Under the pieces are notes generated by a model. That model did no database searches. It saw only the letters and a program-made list of their open reading frames with translations, and was not told the origin of the DNA. A program made the position numbers and the translations under genes. 64,000 nucleotides of DNA. Source: Camelus ferus (Eukaryota). The stretch spans positions 64,172,001 through 64,236,000 of the forward strand of contig NC_045696.1 of assembly GCF_009834535.1 (NCBI RefSeq). The letters run 5' to 3'. Shown here one piece after another: positions 52,701 to 61,300 of this stretch (its first letter is position 1; each line of letters opens with the position of its first letter).

Positions 52701-55326
52701 AAGTAGGGTTTGTACAAACTCCTGCTCACATCACTGTGATATTGAAAGTATCAGAGCCCCAGGAAATCCGTGAAGGACAGATTGAAAACTACCCAATGAT
52801 GTATTAGATTATGACGTAGACCCCAAATTCAGCAACTCGGGTATTCCTTGCAATATAGAAATTCATCTTTGTTTCAAAACCAAATTTTTCCCCAAATTGG
52901 AGTGTGTGTATTCAGAGAAGCAGGGTTCTGATTGAATCTGGGAGACAACGTGGTGTAGCCAAAAGGATGATAGGTGGCCAGTCCTGCTTCTATCATTAAC
53001 TAGCCATGCCAGCCTAGTCCTGAACTTTCTTGTCTGCAATGCAAGCATACTGCATTAGATACATTTTGGTATTAAGCTCTGTAATTCAGGCCTTTTAGTC
53101 TCTCTGTCCCCTTTGTACAAGGAAACTTTGTGACTACTGACTGTTTCATTAATGTATTGTGCAGACAGTAACTGAACATCTACTCTACGCAAAGCACATT
53201 CCTGGAGTCTAGGGAACCAAGGATAATAAGACTTAAGTCTTACATTTGAATTCACAATGGAAAAATGAATTTTATGTATAAACAGTTATAAAAGTAGTAA
53301 CAAGTTTCAAGCGGAACGAGAAAGCTGATGGGAACTAGTTTGTCGGTTTGATTGTTGGAAAAAAAATGAATATTGCAAATACATCAGTCAGGATTGAGAA
53401 AGCCCGTATCTTAAATGTTTTTCTGAGCAAATATTGAATGGCATGTCTGTGCTCAGTGCTGAGCATTTGTTGTAAATCTGAGTAAAACAAACAAAAAAAA
53501 CAAAACCAAAGGAGAAATTCCACATTCAGGAAATTCTCATCTCAGGGGTAGAAAATAATGGCAAAACAATGAGCTAAATGCAGCAGTAGAGGGAAGGATG
53601 GGGGCAGTAGTCACGATGGCTACCAAATATAAGGACGTTTTGGTTAGAGTTACATTAGAGGGAATAGGATGTGTGGACCCAGAGCTGTGCAAGTTGGGGA
53701 ACAGGGAATCTCTCCCTATGTTTGGAGTATAAGGAACATAGGAGGACTGGCAAAAGATAAGGCTGGAAGAATTGCTTGAGACCAGAGTATGAAGTCTTCT
53801 GGGCCTGCCTGAGAAGTCTGAACTTAATTCGTTAGCAAAATAGAAATATAGACACTCGTAAGCAGGAGAATGTCATGTTTGGATCTTGAAGAGAGGCTTT
53901 GGTTTTGGGAGGAGCATGGGTTAGAGCAGGCAGATTCAAACTCAGGATCCAAGTTAGGAGGCTCACATTAGTCCATGAAAGAAAAGACACCCCCAAACCA
54001 CCACAACTGCTCTCCCCTCCCCCACCACCACACACAGTTCATAGACTCTGAGTTGAAAGTAATTCCATAGGAAATTGTCATCCAAGCCCTTTCAAGAGCG
54101 ATCATTTGTTCTAAATGGAATTCTGGTCGAAGAACAATCTTGACTTCCTCTGAATTTTGTTTCTGCTTTGTCATCGCAAGAGGTGAACAGAATATGTTCT
54201 GGTAGTTACTGGCTGGAACAGCCTGAAAGGTGAGGTCCCTTGGTAATAATTAACTAATTCTTTTCCACCAGCTGGATTAACATAGAATAAAAAGTCCCAT
54301 AAATGCTGGTGATTTCTTTTGTAGTGAGTGCTTTCTGAACGACCAGAGTCATTTCTCAACAAATGTGAGTTTGGAAAGAAACTGGACTGGAAATGCAACT
54401 CTGATTCCTGGTTCAGTTTTAAGTTTTGAGAGTACCACCCTGTGGCCCATCACCACCATCAACTGTATCACAGTAGCATTTATCTTTTCCAAGGGAAAGC
54501 CATTTCGAAAACCCATCTACACAAACTGTAAGTATGATGTTTGGTTTTTTTTTTTCAAATATCTTTTTCCTACTCTTCCACCATCCCCAGAGTTGCAACT
54601 CACTGGTGAAGCAATTGACTGAGAAGCAAAAAAAAATCACATTACTGTAAAACTGAGCACTGAACGGTACTTGCCATAGGTAGGAGAGCCCATGGGCAGA
54701 AAGCTCACGTGCAGATAAACGTGTGCAATAGTGAATGGTCACGAGAGTCCTGTCCTAATTTGAGTCATCAAGAATTATTTTAAGCACATCCATATATGTC
54801 AAGATATTTTGTAAGAGGTTTTCTAATCAATTCAAATACAACTTGACCTTTTAGTAGCTTTGTATCTTTGGGAGAGCCACTTTAATCATGCTGTGAATTT
54901 CTTTGATCCCCAGTAAAAATGAATGCATTTTCATATTGTTAGCCTTTCTTCTTCTCTGAATTTTCTATTTACATTTTCATCCGTTTTTTTTTTTTTTCTA
55001 TTGGGCTGCTGTTATATTTCTTATTTATTTGTATGAGCTGTTTATTCCTTTGTGATTTTCTTCCATTGCTTTTATGCACAGTTTTTTCTCATTACAAAAT
55101 CAGATAGATCATCACTCATTTAGTTTTTTTAATTTATTTTTATGCTTTTTTAAATCTAATGTTAATTTTGGCGTATAGTTTGAAGTAAAGGTCAAACTAG
55201 TTTATCCATCTAGTCAGTAGTTTTCCCAGCAGATTCCATCATTTAATATTCTTTTTGGTCATTTATTCAACTGAATATAATGCCACCTCTATCATACCTA
55301 TATACATGTATACTTATGGTTTCCTG

Positions 55327-55360
<34 letters not shown>

Positions 55361-58300
55361 AGTGTGTGTAAACTTGTATGTTTCTATATTATATTTATGT
55401 TATATACTTACATATTAATTTATATATAATTAATTTGTTTCTAGACTATGTTCTCTGTTTCGTTAATATGCCAACCTCTTCTTGATCTATCACTATACTT
55501 AAAAAACTATAGTTTTCTAACGAGTTTTAATACATAGTAAGATTGGTGTATCATCATATTACTCTTCATTTTTTTCTTACTTTCTTACTTTTCTTTCTTG
55601 TTCATTCTTCTGAATATACTATAGAATAAATTGCCAGGCTTCTAAAAAAAAAATCACCTTTGGGATTTTGATACTAGGGGAAACATTTATTTGTTTACAC
55701 AATCTGGTATTCACATTTAAGAACATGTCATGTCTCTCCATTTATTCGTGCTTTCTTTTATGTCTCTTAGTAAATATTCAGTTTTCTCCATTATAGATCC
55801 TGTACCTCTATCTAAACAACTAGTCCTATGCCATCTGTATTTCTGCTTATATTGTGATTGACTTTTTCCTGTTATAGTTTCTAACTGGTAATCACAAATA
55901 CTCGTGAAAGGTACAGTGTTGTTTATCGTATTTATTTCTTATTCAGAAGTCTTTCTGAACTTTGCTATTACTGTTTGATTTTTGAGTGTTCTAGAAAGAT
56001 AATTATGATCATCTGCAATTAATAATGTTCCTTCTTCCTTTCCAATAGCTAAAATGCTTATTTATATTTTCTGTTTCCGTGTACAATCCAGAATTTCGAG
56101 GACAATATTAAGTAATAACGGAAATAGCAGAGTTCTACTTTGTAAAAATATATCTTATAGTTTTCACTTGCAAATGTGATTTTGAATACTAAGTCAAGTA
56201 GGTCACATCATGTAAAGAAAATGCCCTTCTATTTCTAGTAAATCAAGAGTATATTTTAAAATCAAGAATGAGAGATGTATTTCATCAAATGACTTCCCAT
56301 CACCTACTGAGATGATTATACTCATTTGCTCCTTTGACCTTTGCTGGAATGTGTTCCATTAATAAATTTATTATTAAATCATCTTCATATTTTTCAGGAA
56401 ACTCTATTTATTTGTGGTAGATTATACTTTTACTGAATTGAATTTTATTGTTTTTAAATATCTGCATTTTATGTTGGGTTGATCTGTAGGTTTCTGTGTA
56501 GTGTTTTGTTAGGTTTGGGTGTTAGATTTGGAAACTCTTGGACTTTTCCTTTCCTTTGAAAAATGTATTTTATAGATAGAAATAGTCTATTCCTTGACCA
56601 CTTGCAAGAACCCAGTAAAATCATCTGGTTCCAAATTCTTTCTTTTGAAAAAAATCACTTTTTTCAGAATTGATTTAGGTTATCCTCTTTTTAAATTGTT
56701 TCTTAAAATAAAAAAAAAAAAAGATTGCCCAGGTAATTCCTTTTCCTTGAGATTATTATGTCTTAGCATAGGATATTCGGTGGTATTTTCCTATAATTTT
56801 TAATGCCTTCTACAACTCTTTTAATATCTTCTCATCTTAATTATGTTTATGTGTGTTATTTCCATTTATTTTTACCAGAAATGTGTTTTTACTGGTTTTC
56901 TTTAAATAACAAGCTCTCAGATATAATAATTCTGTACACTTTCTAGTTTCCAATTTGTTAATTTTTGCTTTTCCCATTTTCCCCCCCCTCTTCTTACCTC
57001 CTTTGAAAATTTTTTAAATGTTTGACTTGATTTTATAATCCATGTATTTTCTTTTATTCTTGTGAAATTGGAAAAGCATTCAAGGTCAATAATTGTAATT
57101 TGGGTTACATTCTTTACATTTTCTTATGTCTCTAATTATGACCCACTAGTTTCAAGAACAGTGATTTTTAATTTTCAAGTGGGAAGGGATTTTGTTCTCA
57201 TTCTTCTACGGCTCTTCTTCTCAACAGCTTACAAGTGGACTAAGTTTCCTTACTGACCAAACAAATTTTTAGAATTTTGTTTTTAATTTGTATGTGGGAG
57301 GGATTTTTAATTTAAATTTGGTTCATAATTTCTAATTTTATTGTCATGATCAGAGAAAATCTAGCCTGTAATATTTCTGCTTTGGAAAATTTACTCTAGT
57401 TTTATACATCATCCGGAATACCCTCTAACTTCTGATTTTCTAAAAAAGTCATAGGTATTAGAGACATCCATTCTTATTCCTAAATTAGAAACATAATTTA
57501 CTACATAAATTAGTTTTAGCAATTATATGATTCATATGTATCAGTTTTCATCCCCTCCTCCACCTTTTTCGTATAGGTGTTTTGTCAAAGATTTTGAGGG
57601 CATGCTAAGATCTTCTTTTAATTATAGTTTTTTTAAATAAATTTCTTCCCAAATTTCTTATATTTTTATTAAATTTTGATATAGTATTTGATAATTCCCC
57701 AGCTTCTCTCACAACAAACCATGATTCCATTTTATGTTTTCAATTCAGAGTCATCTATTTTATTGTAAACGTGCTTTACAAGGAGGCTATATTATGTTGG
57801 CCAGCACTTTCATTTGATTAGTAGCCGCAGAGTCCTTCTACATAAATTGAGTTAATTACAGTTGGATTTGTTACACCATAGCGACTTAAAGCTTATGGGT
57901 AAATTCAAATCCCGATGTCAAACATAACTGATAATTTTAGGTGGAAAACAGTTTTTATAAATACATTCTAACAAACACAATCTTACAATAAATCATATAC
58001 TCTCAAGTTTACAAATCAAAAGTCCTTGGAACTACTGTTAAAATACACAAGCAGTTTTACTTTGATGTAACAGAAAAGTCCTGACCCTTCTTAACAGCCT
58101 TTGACAGAAGGTCAACTTTATGATGATGAGATAGATAAAAAGTACAGATTTAATTTTTATGCAAACAGGAGGGAATATTTACTAACCCTTCTCTTATCTG
58201 AGAATAATCTGTAATGGCTGGCCCAGGACTTGTCTCCAAATCACCTGTGCAAACAGAACCCCATCCTTTCGAGTTTCTGCATCAATAGCAACTAACTAGG

Positions 58301-61300
58301 AAGGGCAACGTTCACTTCAGGTCATCTTGTGTTTTCCAATCAAAGCTGAATTGAAGAAGGGAGCCTTATTCTGTTTCCACACTGCTCCCTTGTGCACCAG
58401 CCTGGCCTGCTCTTCAGATCACTGGTCTGAGGATGGTGTGATGTGCAGAGCACCCAGCCCAGTTCTAGTGAGTACCAGGCCTTCATCAGGATGGACATTG
58501 GCGGCATCATCTTCATCCCCACATCTGGGTCCTTGGGACTTGGAAACAATACAGTACATGAAAACTCTACACAGCCATCTCCTAGGGTCTTCTTTTCACC
58601 AAGCTGCTCAGATTGCTTTATTTTAAGAGATGCATCTCCCTTTTTTCTTCTCTCTGCCTCACTCCCCTCTCAAGTAAGCTTGAGTATTCCTCCGGGAGGT
58701 GATGCATCTAGTTGTATATGTAAAATGAGGCATGGGTGAAGATGAGGGTGCATGTAGGTGAAATTACAGCTCTAATGGCCTCAAAAAATAGGGCCTACTG
58801 TAGAGGGACATCGCTTCTGACTTCTAGTTGGTATAGAACTATGTAGAGTTGGGGGCCGGTAGACTATCAACACTGGAATAAATGAGGTAGAGAGAAAATA
58901 AATCAGAGAAAACCTAGTTTGCTTGTTCATAAATCTGACGGTTGTAAGAATCATTTATAGCACAGCAACACTGATTAAATGCTGTTGTTGGGGCCTGAAG
59001 GTGCTAATCCCATCAAAGAACATCTACAAGGCGCTGTCTACAAAGTGCTTGAAAGCTCTGATGGACACCGAAGTGGACGGGGTGGGGGAGATAAGAACAG
59101 GGATGTCGGCACAACGCATTCTGAGAAGTTTAGCTCCCCAAAGTAAAGCGATTGGGGCAGGTTAGAGAGAAAGAATCCAGCAGATGTGCGTGCTACTTTC
59201 GCAATTCCTCTTTCAATTCAGAGTCCCAGAGAAGCAGATACAAAGTCCCTTTCAGGTGATTACAGTCTAGTGGATACATAAATGGAGATCATGCCAAGCA
59301 GAGTGTGATACACACCATATGAAATAAAACTTTGTAAGGGAGGACTGGGGAGACTTTAAAAGAAAGTGGTATTGGAACCAAGCTTTTTTTAATACATATT
59401 TTTACTGAAGTATAGTCAGGTTACAAACTGAGCTTTTTAAGAAAAACTGGAACTTGCCAGGACTGAAGAACAGCATCTACACAGGGTATTCTGTGAATAA
59501 AGGCACTGAAGCTGGAAGGTGATGGGCCTCTGTGGAAGCAGCAGGTTTGTGGTTGAACTTTCTTGGCACATAGGAAGAGCAATCAGAGATCAGTTTAGAA
59601 AGGCTGATTGGAACCAGACTCTGGAAGGCCTGGCATGTCAATCATTGGAGATCTTGGACCTTATTCTCCAGGCAACAAGGAAGAGTCAGGTGCCACCAAG
59701 AGGACTGACTATGTCACGGAGTTCAAGCTCACACTGCTCTCTGTGTGACAGGGAGATCAACAGATGAGATCAACATTCCTTGTCCCATCAACGTTGGGAC
59801 AAGGAATGAGAATTTAATTCAGAAAGTCAGCAGATCAAGAAGATAGTAAACTAGGGTCCCAAAGAACCATCTTATTCGAGTTGGAATTCAGGCTTCTTTT
59901 ATACTAAAAGGGGAGGGAGGGACTGGCTGGTTGTTGCAAACTTCTTGGTGCCAGAATCCTTTGTTCTTGCAGCTGTCAGTATAGGTCTGGTCACAGTGCT
60001 CCCGTAAACCTCCAACAAGACAAATGTTGTTCTCTGTTCTGCAACTTTTTATCTATGAATGGAAATGTGTTATACCTTTAAAGGTCAAACCCAGGAGACA
60101 GAGCCTTGAGAATAGGCTATCATGTATATTTCAAACTATAGGCAACATCCTTTTACAAATGTGCAGAGTCAGCATGACTAAGCACAGGCTACAGAGCACA
60201 AAGATTAGAGCTCAAGAAAAGATCCAATATGGAGTCAGGTTTGTTCCTCTGTTACATTTATGTATTTGTGCACAGCTCACTAGACCCGCCATGACAAAGC
60301 ATCAAGACCTCCTTGGTTACCATTTATTTGCATGGGCTGGTCACTGCAGGGTGTCCCAGCCCAAGGACTCCTCGGTGGAGGTAACTCCTTTATAGAGTTT
60401 ACTAGTATATGTTTAATTAACAGCTTTCTACACCCAGCTCTTTAAGGAAAGATTATAAGATATCACCTTTGTCTTGCAAGCATTAGAACATATTTTAAAA
60501 CATATGAGGATATATCAAAACATCTGAAGATGTATCCAGTATTTGCACAACAGAGTTAATTGATTCTGCAACATGTGTGCCAAATTATAGGAAACATTCC
60601 TTTAGCATCTAAAAATAATGTTTGCTGTTTCTTCAGATATATTCTCCTTTCTGCTGATGTCTGCCTTGGGCCTCACAATTTTCATTCTGTTTTCTGATTT
60701 TCAAGATATATACCATGGAATGGAGGTACGTGGTATCCGTGACTCCCATGTGCAGGGGGACTATGTTGTAATTTGCATGTCAATCACTCTTATATTCTCT
60801 CTGGCCGCTGAATAGAGTGGCCCATTTACTAGAAGAGCAAATAACACATCTCAATCCCACAGAGGCTGGCCTCTGAGTGTTTTCGTATTGTTAGTACTAT
60901 TAGTTGGGTCCATTTGTCCTGTTCATGCCTGAGATACCATGTTTGGATACTTTATTCTTCCATGTTATACTAATACAATGAAATTAATACATTAATACAA
61001 TAATAAATTCTTTAATTTTTTTAATCATATAGTAGAAAGCCTTTATAATGTAGTTGTGAAGAGTAAGAAAAAGTTGGTTTATAGGCCAATCATGTTCCAC
61101 CTGTCAGATGTTGATTATAGGGAGTTTTAGTTGCTTTTTGAGGGTTAGGCAATGGGGGGGGGGTAATTTAATTAATTGTTTTTAAGTGGAAGTACTGAAC
61201 CCAGGATCATGTGCATGCTAAGCATGCACTCTACACTGAGCTACACACCCTCCCCATTTAGGGAGTTTTAGTTCAGTGAGCATCATTGGATCCAGGGTGC

